DNA of 63,464 nucleotides, filler included, from Perkinsus chesapeaki ATCC PRA-425 (taxonomy: Eukaryota > Protista > Perkinsozoa), in assembly GCA_013115145.1 (NCBI GenBank). It is 11 parts of 11 records of this genome, joined end to end, with 100 filler letters (N's around TTAATTAATTAA, not from the genome) between each part and the next. Parts side by side here need not be neighbours in the genome. Positions count along the whole stretch, not along the records: positions 15,691 to 29,624 come from JAAPAO010000770.1; positions 29,725 to 32,674 come from JAAPAO010001488.1; positions 32,775 to 36,048 come from JAAPAO010001437.1; positions 36,149 to 37,261 come from JAAPAO010002193.1; 7 more parts are not named here. One strand, written 5' to 3'. Positions within the stretch are counted from its first letter, which is position 1, and each line of letters opens with the position of its first letter. A program made the position numbers and the translations under genes. Of this stretch, positions 25,259-37,361 are shown piece after piece. The notes beneath the pieces were generated by a model, which made no database searches, had not been told where the DNA came from, and saw nothing but the letters and a program-made list of their open reading frames with translations.

Positions 25259-27404
25259 CTAAGCCACCTTCCAGAAGGCATCATTTCTTGGCTGGCACAA
25301 GCTCCGGGTCGCCGTTGCCAATGCAACTGGAATAACCCCAGGTGAGCTTGGCGCAGTCATCCGACTCAGCTTATCAGCCACACCATTCGCACTACTGCTG
25401 ATGTGCACGTACGACATTCTCAAAGCCCTCATGTCACAGGCACACTCCCATGCCAACTCGGCCATAACCATGTTTATCGCCGGGGACGACGTTCTCAATT
25501 TCATAACTGCCCCAATAGCCGTACGGGAGTCGCTTCGACATCGAATGGACGCTGAAGGAGGCAAGTACTTGCGCCACAAACGAACCGCTATCAAAACAGC
25601 CAATGATTCCCATAGGCTCTGGAATCTATGGTCCCCAACCACAGCCTCAAACCTCTTCGTATCCGACGGCAACACGGGATCGAAGAAAAAATTGGAGATC
25701 ACTCCATCCAACGAAAGGGCGCCACCAAACCCCCATGGGGATGCATCCGCGACCATCTCCGTAGTAGTGCCCGCTGGGAACCTTCTAGCGAATAGATGGT
25801 TCGGCCCTGATGCAATCGAGCAGGCCCTCTCCAGCATACACGACTCGTGTAACACGAGAACCACCGCAGCGACCGCGTGATACGGCCGATAGGGATCCAA
25901 CCAATTCCTTTTGTAGGCATCTCCTTGACACCGCCTAACGCCTTCCACAATGGCCCCAGCAAAGCATGAACGAACGGGATAATCTGACCAGACCAGCACA
26001 ATTTACCGCACAGTCGGCGTAGCACTTTCGAGGAGACCACTTTATGTGAGGCCAAGGCTTGTAATACCAACTCTCGCATAGACTCCAGCTTCTTGGAAGG
26101 GATAGAAGCACAGAGAGAGCTGCCAGACACCGCCAAACGGAAACCAATCCATACTAGCTCAGTCCCCCGTTGGAACTTGTGGTAGCTAAATAAAAGACCA
26201 ATCGCCGCCCACAATAACACCGGAAGGGCCAATAGGGTAGTGCGCTCCGCTGGTGACTTGGCTCTCACCGAAATATGCGGGTCATCCACAAAGCAACTCA
26301 CTCTTCCTTCCGAAGGCTTATAAAGTAGCTGAGCCCATCTACAAGCCGCAGATGAGTAACGGCACCATACCAACGGACTAGACCGCACCCCGAACATTAG
26401 AACATGGAAAAGGATCCAGCGACCCTCAAAGTAACACACTTGAAACCTCTTCTCCTCGAAACGAACTGGAATTAATTTAAAGGCGTCCTGGAAATCGACC
26501 GTAAGGCACTCAATGTCTGATCCGGGTCCCCATTCCAACAGCTCGTGCACATTCCGCCGGAATGATTCCGGACAACATCGCACACTCTCGAAAGGACAAT
26601 CCTCTCCGGACACTCTACAAGCTTGTTCAAGCGGTTCTCCTTAGCATCGCAAATGAGCCTGAATTTTGGGGGAGACGTATGAGGCTTTGTAGCTAAGGTG
26701 ATTTTTGTAGCCTTCACTTCCGAACTACCAACCGCCTTCTGCAACTCTTCCAAGCTATCATAAAAGGAACAATAACCAGCTTGACGCTCCTTCTCGTGCA
26801 AGGCCCACGTGTTGTCGGGGTCGGCTTCTGCCGACAAATAGTTAGTGAAAGCCGAAGCGCCAACATAAGAGTCCAACCATTCCTTTCATTCGTCCTCTGC
26901 AGAATCATCCGCAGGGGAGACGGGAAACCAACCGTCAGGAACAATCCTGGCAGATATGCCAATGGGCGCACCCACCTGCAGCCACGAATGGAGTGAACTG
27001 TCAAAGTCAGCCGCCAGATCACCGACAATCTTCCACAGACCAGGCCGGAGCGGTGTATTTGGATTGGATCGTGCACTATCAGCGTCCGAACCATGGCCTA
27101 CACGGATAATCGCCTCCCTAGCCTGATTGACAACCGGCTCTGGCAAGGCGGAAAAGGAACCATTCAACCCCAAAGACCGTGACACGGCCTCGAAGTTGCT
27201 TCTAATAATATCTTCTAGTTCTCTACGTAACTCTTGCATCTTAACCCGGCCATCTGGGAGGAATTTAGTAGCATCATAAGCCCGCCTTAAACCGTTCGAC
27301 GATTCTGGAACCAGCGGAACGGGAGCATCGCAACATGTCAACAGTGACTGGTGAATAGACTCATTTGTAGACACTGTATCATTCGTGCGATGTGTGGCTG
27401 CCAC
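25259..27404 (-). pseudogene. DIRS-type reverse transcriptase-RNase H, broken into four ORF pieces
   Basis: ORFs 26886-27404, 26472-26876, 25699-26613 and 25259-25999 join into one pol-like chain with KFRLICDAK, VDFQDAF, FVDD, LCGKLCW and DAS motifs. Confidence 0.85.
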
Positions 27405-28879
27405 TAATCCACCCTGCCGGACAAGGACCGATCAGGTACGGCCAGCGCCAGGCCCACCGGAGAGGGAAGAGCTTTTAGCACCAACCTTCGGCACATCGGT
27501 CGACTTGGACGAGCCTTGCTTCGGGCACAAGTTGCGCCCACGCGGGAGGTCGTGGCGGCCATTGCAGCCTTGGCATAGGTGGATACGACCATCCTTACAC
27601 TTGTCCCCGCTATGGCGACCATCTTGATAAGCATAGCAGTATTGTTGACTCACGTCACGTGACGCTTTCTGCCTTCCCGACCGGCCCTTATCCGTCTTCT
27701 GAGGAGCGCTGGTCTGGGCCCCGAAATGTAGACGCATAACCTTGTGATCAACATGGCGCCTCTAAAACGCCGCGTCATCCGCTGCCCGGACAAAACAAGC
27801 TCCCCAAGTCAACGTGGTATCAGAGTCCTTGTAAGAGCTGATGTGAACGCTACGCATGAGCTCATCCGCTTCGACAATTATGGACCAAAACTCATTGAAG
27901 GTTTCTGACAAACTTTCTATACCATTCTTGTATCTCTCAAAGTCTGCGAAACTCCCCTGCTGTAACAGAGCCATAGCATGCTTGAAGATTATGAAGCTCT
28001 CACGCCATTGAGACAATGAAGGAGTAGATGTAGAGACCACTTTGGTAGGAACACCATCGTCCATCAAGGGTCCATCGGTGGACCTTCTCTTCCCTCAACC
28101 TTTTACGTTGACCCGATGTCCATACACCGAAATCGACGAAGGGGGCTTCACCTTCCAATAAACGAGACTGGAGGGCGGATGCTTGCTCACGAGTTGGCAA
28201 TTGGTGAACCGGAACATCACCGTACTGCTTCTTGAACAACGTCAAACGCGAACCATAATCATCCGCCGATGGCAGAGCCAAGGTGCCTCATCCACTCCAT
28301 CCAGAAAGGAACTCATCTTGAGCCTCTTAGAAACCGGACCCTGTCCATCCGAGGAATGGGTAGGAGCGTGAAGCTTGTCAGAAGAAGCCAAAGAAACCGT
28401 TGTACGAGCCACAGACGGTAGACCGCATTGCTCTCGGCACAAGTCATACAACAGCATCACATTGCTCCTATAGACAGCGTTATCGATGGATTCAAGGGCC
28501 TCTACCACATATTTCGGATTCACGAAGGCAAAGTTTGACACCAGAGGCAGGCAATCCTTCTTCCCTCCGAGCTTCAAGCAGAACTTCTCCCATAATTTAT
28601 CACCAACGTCCGACATCACCCTCAATTCCCTGATGTCGACTCTAGCAGCCTCAACTCTACTGAGGAGGGACACGGGGTTCGAGGGAGGCGCCGGCGAGGA
28701 TGAGGGAGGAGTTGCCATAAAAAAATCAACCGTGATACAACTAACCGAAGTCAAACGTATATGCTGGATTGAATTCGATTGTGAGATCATAACTACACAC
28801 GGACATCCTCAAAGTCAACAAAAAAAACAGGACCGTATTCGAATTCATCTTGCACTCTTATCAACTTCCTCCGCACATG

Positions 28880-28992
28880 TCGTCTCGATCTTGAACTCTC
28901 AAGCCAGGGGGCCTTGCTTGTCCATTACAAGTTGTAACTCTCACGCACCGAGAAATTATGAGGTATGGGCCCTTTTTTTGCACCACCCTGTA
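28880..28992 (-). mobile_element. Tc1/mariner-like terminal sequence (TA|CAGGGTGGTGCAAAA...), single end
   Basis: The minus strand begins TACAGGGTGGTGCAAAAAAAAGGGCCCATACCTCATAATTTCTCGG. No matching second end is present in this contig. Confidence 0.35.
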
Positions 28993-29465
28993 TAACAAAA
29001 CTGGCGTGTCTTACGTATTTTCCTGGGAATGGGACAGGCCTAGGCTAGGCCGCCTGGCCAATGAATCAGTGTATGGCATACACTGTATGCTCATGCACGG
29101 GAGGCAACTGGCGCTCCCGTTGCCGAAATCCCCTCAAATATAAGCTGTGAAATGCCAGGTCGAATGAGTGACAATTACACCAGGACAATGTCACCGGGAC
29201 AACTAATCCAAAAACGGAGCAGTTCTTGCATCACAATCGAGCAGAGGATATGAGGTATCATCCTTCGGTCCACAGTGGTTACAGTTGATATGATGAGAGA
29301 CAGCATGAGCAGTACACAGAGGGCTCCACCAGAAGAGTGTTCGGATAGTAGGGGCTCTTCGCATGCGTTCGTAGTGCGAACTTCGCGCAGAGTGGATAGC
29401 ACAGATTGACGTGAAACGCAACACAGTGCAAGCTTAAGCGTTGATATGGGGGGTGTATAACGATT

Positions 29466-29613
29466 GGTACACATAAATTACGCACACTTGAAACTCGTAC
29501 ATGGCATTTTTGACTTTTAACTGGTACATCAAATTCCCGTACACTCAAATTTCTGTCGACAAAATGTGATACACCAAAAATAGGTTCAGGGCCAAGTAGT
29601 ACACAAAAATTCC
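29466..29613. repeat. Array of about six GTACA(C/T)-N-AAA(A/T)T motifs near contig end, transposon-subterminal-like
   Basis: GGTACACATAAATT, CGTACATGGCATTTT, GGTACATCAAATT, CGTACACTCAAATTT, GATACACCAAAAAT and AGTACACAAAAATT lie within 150 bp. Confidence 0.5.
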
Positions 29614-30355
29614 GTTCATATGAGNNNNNNNNNNNNNNNNNNNNNNNNNNNNNNNNNNNNNNNNNNNNTTAATTAATTAANNNNNNNNNNNNNNNNNNNN
29701 NNNNNNNNNNNNNNNNNNNNNNNNGATGATGACACATTTAATGATATAACCATTCGAGCAATCGTATGGGATGAAAATGAATTATCAAATAAAATTAATT
29801 AACATTATGTTGTTTCATTTAAAATATATCACTTCTGTTGTGTTGTTATTCATTTACATCGGATTTAGAAAACGTGGTGCAATTTACAGGATGCCCGCTG
29901 TCCTGATGTACTCTCTCAGGACACAGTAGTCTGGGCAGTCTTTGCCCGCATTAATAGAAAGTAGACAATAATGCTGTCACAGTTCTGTACGCACGCCCTT
30001 TGTTTATGCGTGTAAGAGGGTAGTAACCCATCATCAGTCTCCACACATGGTTGTGAGGGGCAGCTGTCGTCTACTCATCTCGACTCTTAATCTTCGATCT
30101 CCCTTAGTAGCGGGACACGCTCATTCTATGAACTCATTTCACTGAGCATTTCTGTGGGTCTAAAAATATCCCGACATTGTCAGGAATCGAAGATGTTAGT
30201 GTCTGAAAGAAATGATACTCTCACAACACGATGGAGAACTTACAACTGAGAGCTTATATCGATTATTAATACTAGTTCGTCTATAGGAGTTACGAATTGG
30301 ATTGCCACTCCTTCTTCAACGACTGTATTCTAATCCTCGATACGTTAGTTTTTTA

Positions 30356-31110
30356 ATGACGTTGAAATCGATATTTGGTTTTGCTGGTACAGTCGTTGGT
30401 TTGGGCCTTTCACTCGCACCAATCCCCACTATGATTGATATTATAAAAAATAAATCAATTGGGGACTACAGTCCATTCCCGTATGCTGTTACACTCGTAC
30501 AGAATCTAATGTGGGTGCTATACGGTAGAATAACACCAAATCGAGACGACATTGTCATCGCCAACTCACTGAGTGCTATCGTTGAGCTATCCTATTGCAT
30601 CATATTCTGGTTCTATGCGAAAACAAGCGTTAAGAGACGTCATCTAGCGTGGTTACATGGAGGATCAGTGGCTTTTATCCTCATCGTTGTGAGCTTCGCT
30701 AAAGCCGTTGAATCCGGCATTAGTGTCAATACCTCTCTTGGCATTATGGCAAGTGCATTGAATGCCCTAATGTAAGCGACGATGAGAACCATAAGGTTGT
30801 ATCTCGAATTCGGACTTATCTCAGGTATGGTTCACCACTCGCAGTATTGAAGGTTGTCATTCAGACCCGATCGGTCCGTTATATGCCATTTTTGCTTTCT
30901 TTCATGACGTTGATGTGTGCCGTGATTTGGTTTGCATGGGCACTCGTGGCCAATGACGTATTCGTACTGATTCCTAATATTCTAGGTTTAGGCCTCGGAA
31001 TTGCTCAAATGGTCGTCTGGTTTTATTATAGACGTTTTGGGGTGCCTGATAATGACGATGAGATTATCACGGAAAGTATGATGGAGGAAGATGTTGAACT
31101 GATCGAATGA
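30356..31110 (+). CDS. SWEET: SWEET (MtN3/saliva) sugar transporter, 2 exons
   Basis: Two MtN3 repeats (LAPIPTM...KSIGDYSPFPY...WVLYG and YGSPLAVLKVVIQTRSVRYMPFLLS...IPNILG). One 53-nt intron at 30772-30824. Confidence 0.93.
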
Positions 31111-31322
31111 ATCTCATACTTCTGATTGATTGCTCACAATTGACAATATACAATGTGTCATAATTAGTATTGGCAGCTCCGTTTGCGTTGACGGTAGTTC
31201 GGTAATCACTCGAGGAAATGTAATGATGAGACTCTCGTTATTCAATTATTGAAGGACAGAGGCGCCTGATCCCCCAATTTGGTGCAAAATGACAGGACAA
31301 GATGTATCAAGCTTTTTTTAAG

Positions 31323-31380
31323 GCTCTGGTGGCTCAATCGGATAGAGCGTTGGTTGCGGGTTCAAGTCCCGCCCAGAGTA
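31323..31380 (+). ncRNA. tRNA-derived gene lacking the anticodon arm (tRNA-Arg-like pseudogene or Pol III RNA)
   Basis: Acceptor stem GCTCTGG/CCAGAGT+A, D-arm GCTC-AATCGGATA-GAGC and T-arm GCGGG-TTCAAGT-CCCGC. Only GTTGGTT lies between the D and T arms. T6 run at 31396-31401. Confidence 0.75.
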
Positions 31381-32570
31381 TTAGCGTTCCCACTGTTTTT
31401 TACAAAGTTATCACTACCTTTTGATGTAGTGATAGCGTGTAGCTTTTATTAACAACCCCCGGCCGCACTGGAACCCGCATCTTTTAGCTCTCGAGTTCGC
31501 ATAGCCTTACAAGAAGGCGTCTTTGTAAAGGAGTTAATGTCACGCACGGATAAGGGTTTTTATAGTGCAATGCCGAGTAAGCGGTGTTTTGTATCCCGTC
31601 TCAGCGATCCGCTGTACTGTGTAAAACAACAGGAAAATAACAGTATGGAAATGCTTATATGACAAAAAGATGATCTCTGCAATCGTGATTAATGGATGAG
31701 AATCATTGTTGATATTCTAACTACTCTTTCTTCTTCTTATCGTTCTTGGAAATAATAATAATAGGGACCGCTACTCTGGGCAAATCAATAACGTCGAAGC
31801 CGATGGTACAGTTTTCACAACAATCATTAGGAAATCTGCCTCAGCAAGATGATGGTGCCGACGTCGTTGCTCCAGGGGGGATAGAATCGTTATCACCATC
31901 TTGGATGATGTCATCATCGAACGTGGAACAGCCTTCTCGCCTTAGATCCGATAGATGTTCAGTTGCTCGATGCTCCTCCAGAAGCCTAATATACACACAA
32001 ATCGCCAAGTGGAGCACCCGCCATGAAAAGACGGTTCCGCTGTCACCACAGCTCACACTCAGGATCTTACTTGAAGTTTGTGATATCTAGTATGGTCAAA
32101 CAGTCGTCCAAGAGACAGGTAGCAAAATTCCAAGTACGTAATTTGGAGTGGCTGTTTCAGAGAAGTATGATGATGAAATAAGCTGTCCTAGTCGAACTTG
32201 GTAACATGTCTACTGTGGGTTTTTATACTACAGCGTAGAAAGGAAGGCTGTTTAATCATACAGTGTCGAATACGTCGCTTGAATGCAAAGGAAATCACAT
32301 CAATACGTCCACCTTGCAGCGAGAAGCCTCCTATAGCTAGTTGAGGACTCATTGCCCTCCCCCCCACAGTGATTTGACGAAAGTGCGGTATGAACGTGAT
32401 CACCTTAAAGGATGGTTCTGTAGGAGATGCGGACGGATATTAGCTACTCTGTTAACCAACTGCGCGAGATGGTAATCGGCTAAGACAAACTATGATGATT
32501 GAACGATATGATGGGGGATGCTACATAGAGTGTGAAGTGCATCGAGGATATCTTGAAAGCGAACCTGAAA

Positions 32571-32674
32571 TAGGATAATAATAATAAAGATATAGGATAA
32601 TAATAATAAAGATATAGGATAATAATAATAAAGATATAGGATAATAATAGTAAAGATATAGGATAATAATAGTA
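32571..32674. repeat. 22-bp AT-rich tandem repeat (TAGGATAATAATAATAAAGATA) x ~4.7, runs into contig end
   Basis: Units start at 32571, 32593, 32615, 32637 and 32659. Confidence 0.92.
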
Positions 32675-33212
32675 NNNNNNNNNNNNNNNNNNNNNNNNNN
32701 NNNNNNNNNNNNNNNNNNTTAATTAATTAANNNNNNNNNNNNNNNNNNNNNNNNNNNNNNNNNNNNNNNNNNNNTCGGTGGCAGTGGCTACCGCAACAAT
32801 ACTGGTGATGGCAATGGTAGAAACTGAGAAACGCATTGGAGGAACCGAAAAAGTAAATAACTTAAAGAATTATGGAATATTTACGAATGTAACTATTCAT
32901 GAATGAATTGAATGAAGTAGACACCACACTCAATCTAGCTGTAGTAGTTCGGTCCTGGAAGGATTTGTATCCTGTCCCTTATGCCCAAGTTGCAACTTGC
33001 GGTGGGGTTACAACTTGCCTCATCATTTTAGGAAACATAAGGTCTCTAAAGACTTGAAACTAAATACTGCATGAGTCACTTATCCGTTTTCATCTGGCAT
33101 TCCACAGTGCGGACTAGATGCTCGAGCGGGAGACATCCTGGTATGCCTTCCTGCACACGCTTGCTATAGAGAACTGATCAACGTGATGTACTCACTTGAG
33201 AAAGGTCACGCA

Positions 33213-34581
33213 TCAGCCTATTAACAAGCGAATGGGCAGCACGGGTAGAGACGCTGCCTTGGGCTGAAGTACGATAGGTAAACCAAAACTGTCAACTAGA
33301 AAACGATTCTGGCTGTTACCTTTATCACCGATACCGATAGCCTGATGGTAGTTATCAATGGCTTGGGCTGAATAGCCTCTCTTGCTCAGCACGAAAGCGA
33401 GGAGTTGATGAGCTTCCATGGCCTCTGAACCTATCAGATGCGCGACGCAGTTATCGGAACTGTTTGGTCAGCTAACACGAAGGTGGCCAACATACAGTTG
33501 CCATTGGAAACCGTTTTAAGAGCCCTCAGACAGGCTTCGGTTGCTTCCTCTAGCCTGCCACTTTGACAGAGTGAAAATGCTAAATTGTTGTGATATTTGG
33601 CAATCTCCTTCGAGTGTGGGAGGGCTCGAGAATGCTTTCGAGAGTTCTCCATATCTACCGCCCTGAAACACGAACATTACTAAGCCGATGGATGTCACAT
33701 ATACAAATGAACGTACTCCGTGAAGCTCGCGATTGCTTGCTCGTGATGGCCGGTCTTAGAATGGAAAATGCCGATTTGGTTGCGTACTTCAGGATCCGCT
33801 GGAGCCATGTCCCTGGCTCGCTCTAAGTAACTGAACGACGAAGCGGGCCCCCTTACTGTAATCTTTCCGATCATCGTCCGGGTTCGAGGCCTCACGTAAG
33901 AGCGGTGGCATGCTGTGGATCGACCTTCCCATTGAGGTTTCCATCCTGCGAGCCAACACGGAGGTGCTCGATACCGATCAGTAGCCAAGGGACATGCCAG
34001 CTAAATTGATGATGCAGCATTCTGGACGTTTGGTGGACCCTACTCCGGACAGTGCTTAGTCGCTGACCGGTAGGCTTGAATAGCACGGTCAGACTCATCG
34101 TTGGCGGCAAACGATCGTCCTAGAGCGATCCATGCTGGACCGAAACTGGGAGATACCTGACAAGGGAGGCACTCTAGACTCTCCGAGGGCACCGTCACGG
34201 AAGAGTGGGGTTGAAAACAATGTGCTTTCGAAGAGACTCACTTCTAAGGCTCGCGCGAGGAACCGGCGTGCACTCTCCCTGTGAGCCTGGGCGAAATTAC
34301 CACCTGAGCTCAGCAGCAGTCTGTCAACAAATGCTTGAACGTGCGAACTCGGGGATTTGCGCAATCTGTAATATCAAAACTACCTTGCTCCTACCTGCTT
34401 GTAGAGCAGCGGCGTGATGATACATGCCTGCCGCATACCAAGGCTCAGGTCTATCGGCAGAACGTCTTGACGTTTTTCCTTCATTGAGAAGGTTGTCCGC
34501 GTAAAGGAAGATCTCGTCAGTCGCATCGGTAGTGCCGAACTTAACAAGCATATCGACGTACCTGCCGTTTCGGTCGCTCAT
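33213..34581 (-). CDS. Tetratricopeptide-repeat protein, multi-exon, boundaries approximate
   Basis: TPR-like segments PEPWYAAGMYHH, PADPEVRNQIGIFHSKTGHHEQAIASF, YHNNLAFSLCQSGRLEEATEACLRAL and AHQLLAFVLSKRGYSAQAIDNYHQAI lie in successive exons. Confidence 0.78.
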
Positions 34582-35860
34582 CTTCGTTAAGCAAAAAGGT
34601 TGCTAAGTTAACGACTTAGCTTTATGTTATGTAAGACTAAGAATGACCCAGTATCTTATTCTTACACTGGTGATATATCCAGGTTGTCGGGCGCCTTGGC
34701 CACAATATCTCTTGCCACTTCTAGTCCTTTACGCATGTCTGTGTGATTGACGGCACAGTCGCGGACCTACCGACAAGCCCGCTGGCGACGCAAGAGTGCT
34801 GAGATGGACATTACCCAGAGGCTCCTGAGATACACAGAGTGGCTGCTGGGCGAGGGTGTCAAACGGGAGGCACAAATTTGCTGGGAAGCCGGCCGCCTTG
34901 ATCCACCACTCGTAGACTGGAAGATATAGATTAAGATACAGCGCGTGAAATTCCGGCTTACTCGGAGGGATTGAGTTGATGCGGCTCTGCTCTCAGAGAG
35001 CTTTGTCTGCTGCGATCGAGCGCTGATTTCAGGGCTATCGGGTAACGCTCCGCACGCAGCTTGGAGGTAACTAAACCGCTTCTATGAATCATAGTAAACG
35101 CTTGTTTGCTTTTGCAGTTCTTAAACGTGAACGTGCGTTGATTCAGTCTGCCAAATTTGTCGGCGACAACTGTCCTTGTGTATCGTGACAAATCCTCGGG
35201 CGTAGTATGTCGAAGCTACTATAGGGAAGCATGATGGCACACCGTTGCGATGAACACTTATGACCCGCTCCAAACAGCCCGCTCGAGCAGTCTACTTAAG
35301 GCTCGAAGGCCGTTAACGACTTGCTTTCTTCTGAGAAAGCAAGTCAGTAACCTCCTTAAAACGCGAAAATGTGTAATGCATTTCGCAGCCGTAGGATGGC
35401 TGAAGAAGAAAACCCTAAGATATTCTGGAGGTTACTGTTGGCAGCGGCCTGCGGCCACATAGGATGCGCAAGGAGACAGCCGACACAAGGGGGAGGGACA
35501 CCTGTTTCAGATCTGGATGACTTCCGTCATCAAAAGCGGGTGGTTTTAAACGATGCCGTGAAGTCCGCACGCTGTGTAGGTCTTTCTCGGAAAGGTTAGC
35601 AGCTCGGCGTCATTCAGAAGTTCACTAAATGACTCAGCGACCCATCAAGCTTGTTCACCACTCTTCTGTAAGATGTGGCCCACGAAAACAAAATCCGTCA
35701 GAATCGGGCTGTCTCCCGACACAAAGCTTGCGGATTCGCTGCAGCTAGCGTGGAGCAGAACATCCATATCGGTATTAAGTAAAGTCTATAATTACACATC
35801 AAGTCTTCGTGATCATTGTGCTACTTTAGTTAGTTGACCTTAACCCACTGAGTTTTCACT

Positions 35861-36048
35861 ATGCGTTTCTCCGTTCCTTCTATTGCTCTTGCTAGTTTTG
35901 CTGCTGTGGCTACTGCCACCGAGGATGCCTGTTCGCAGATGTGCAACCAAATCGACGGTTGCCATGCTTCAAAATATGGCTCATACTGCAAAGGATGGAT
36001 GACACCTTCTGTATGCTTTGGTATCGTTAAGAAAACCGACGGGTCCTA
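35861..36048 (+). CDS. Small secreted Cys-rich protein (C..C...C..S.YGSYCK...VCFG family), truncated by contig end
   Basis: Signal peptide MRFSVPSIALASFAAVATA, then DACSQMCNQIDGCHASKYGSYCKGWMTPSVCFG. From recall this pattern resembles Perkinsus MOE-like secreted proteins; not verified. Confidence 0.7.
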
Positions 36049-36888
36049 NNNNNNNNNNNNNNNNNNNNNNNNNNNNNNNNNNNNNNNNNNNNTTAATTAA
36101 TTAANNNNNNNNNNNNNNNNNNNNNNNNNNNNNNNNNNNNNNNNNNNNATACTCTACAGTAAATGCTCGTAGGCAGTAGCTAGTGTGACATTAATTACTT
36201 TATCAAATTATGCCATCTAAGCAAGGAAAGCCGGAAAAAGTTTACAAAACAATTAGAGGCACATAGTCAGCGCCAGCTAATTGCGCTAGCACAATACTTA
36301 TACTGCAACAAGTACACTATGTACTACAATATGACTACTTTGATATCCATGAAGAAAAAATAAACTTGACACCTGAACTCGCTCACAACGATATTCTCAA
36401 ATTTGTTTTTCACAACAAAACGAAGGAATGCGTCGTGCAAAGTATTGAAGCAACCCACGTGTTTCTCAAGAAAAAACTAAACGCAAACATTACAAAATAA
36501 TTATGGAAATCGGCATCAAATCAAATTCGAGATTCGATCAAGAACCTTGATTTGAGGTATATTGTATTGGAAAAATGCCCCACACCTAAATATAACCCCT
36601 GCCCCACCCCGAGTCACTACTACGTTGCAGAATGTAAATACCAAGTAGTACTTGGCAAGTACCAACCAAAACCAAGTTCACAGAATAAACTTGATCGGAC
36701 CAAGGAGTCAAGATTAATTACTCGCAGCCCTTCACCTCATAACATGAAGTAAACACAAGGAAAATAGCCAACTGTTGAAGATACGCTGCGACACGGGTTT
36801 TCGCGAAGTCACGAAAACGGGCGAGTTCGATCCTCGTATTCGCCCCTTCTCTGTAATTTTGAACCACCTCGGGTTTATTCACTTCAAG

Positions 36889-36973
36889 AATCTTGCTACC
36901 TTTGCTAATTGTGCTGCTTTTGCTAATCTTGCTGCTTTTGCTAATCTTGCTGCTTTTGCTGCTCTTGCTACTA
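36889..36973. repeat. 18-bp tandem repeat (AATCTTGCTGCTTTTGCT) x ~4.7 in an AT-rich contig
   Basis: Units start at 36889, 36907, 36925, 36943 and 36961. It creates low-complexity ORFs on both strands. Confidence 0.85.
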
Positions 36974-37361
36974 CAGGGTCCACCTTGCTTACATTGCAGC
37001 ACTTTCAATATTCGCAACTTTTGTTTAAAAGGGCAAACTGGCTCGATATATTTCAGCACTTCCGGGTACATTACCGCAAAGTCAGATATTGAATTCAGCA
37101 AGTTTGCTCCTTTATATCACAATTACTGCTGTATCGCTTGGTTTTGCATATATTGCCTATATAATCAATAGTAGCAATACGACACTACTAACAGCTATTA
37201 TACACTCTAGCATACTAGCACTATTTTACTACTTGCTCAGTTGCTCTTTCGTAACGGAGCCNNNNNNNNNNNNNNNNNNNNNNNNNNNNNNNNNNNNNNN
37301 NNNNNTTAATTAATTAANNNNNNNNNNNNNNNNNNNNNNNNNNNNNNNNNNNNNNNNNNNN

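Larger units (their letters stand above)
24373..28790 (-). mobile_element. Degenerate DIRS-type (tyrosine recombinase) retrotransposon: gag-like, RT-RNaseH, truncated YR
   Basis: Gag-like ORFs at 27432-28790 with a Cys/His finger (YCYAYQDG...CQGCNGRH). RT motifs VDFQDAF, LMFGVRSSP and FVDD. RNase H ADASPWG, LWESLAV, RSDS and ANGVADKLSR. N-terminal YR domain at 24373-24867. Internal stop at 26886-26888 and at least two frameshifts. Confidence 0.88.

Noticed and set aside
32571-32674. 22-bp repeat as a CRISPR array
   Set aside because: Units are adjacent with no spacers, there are no cas genes, and the context is eukaryotic. It is a simple minisatellite.
36718-37171. Low-complexity ORFs (SKSSKI, poly-Leu, FANLAA) as real proteins
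   Set aside because: Produced by the 18-bp tandem repeat being open in several frames. There is no independent coding evidence.
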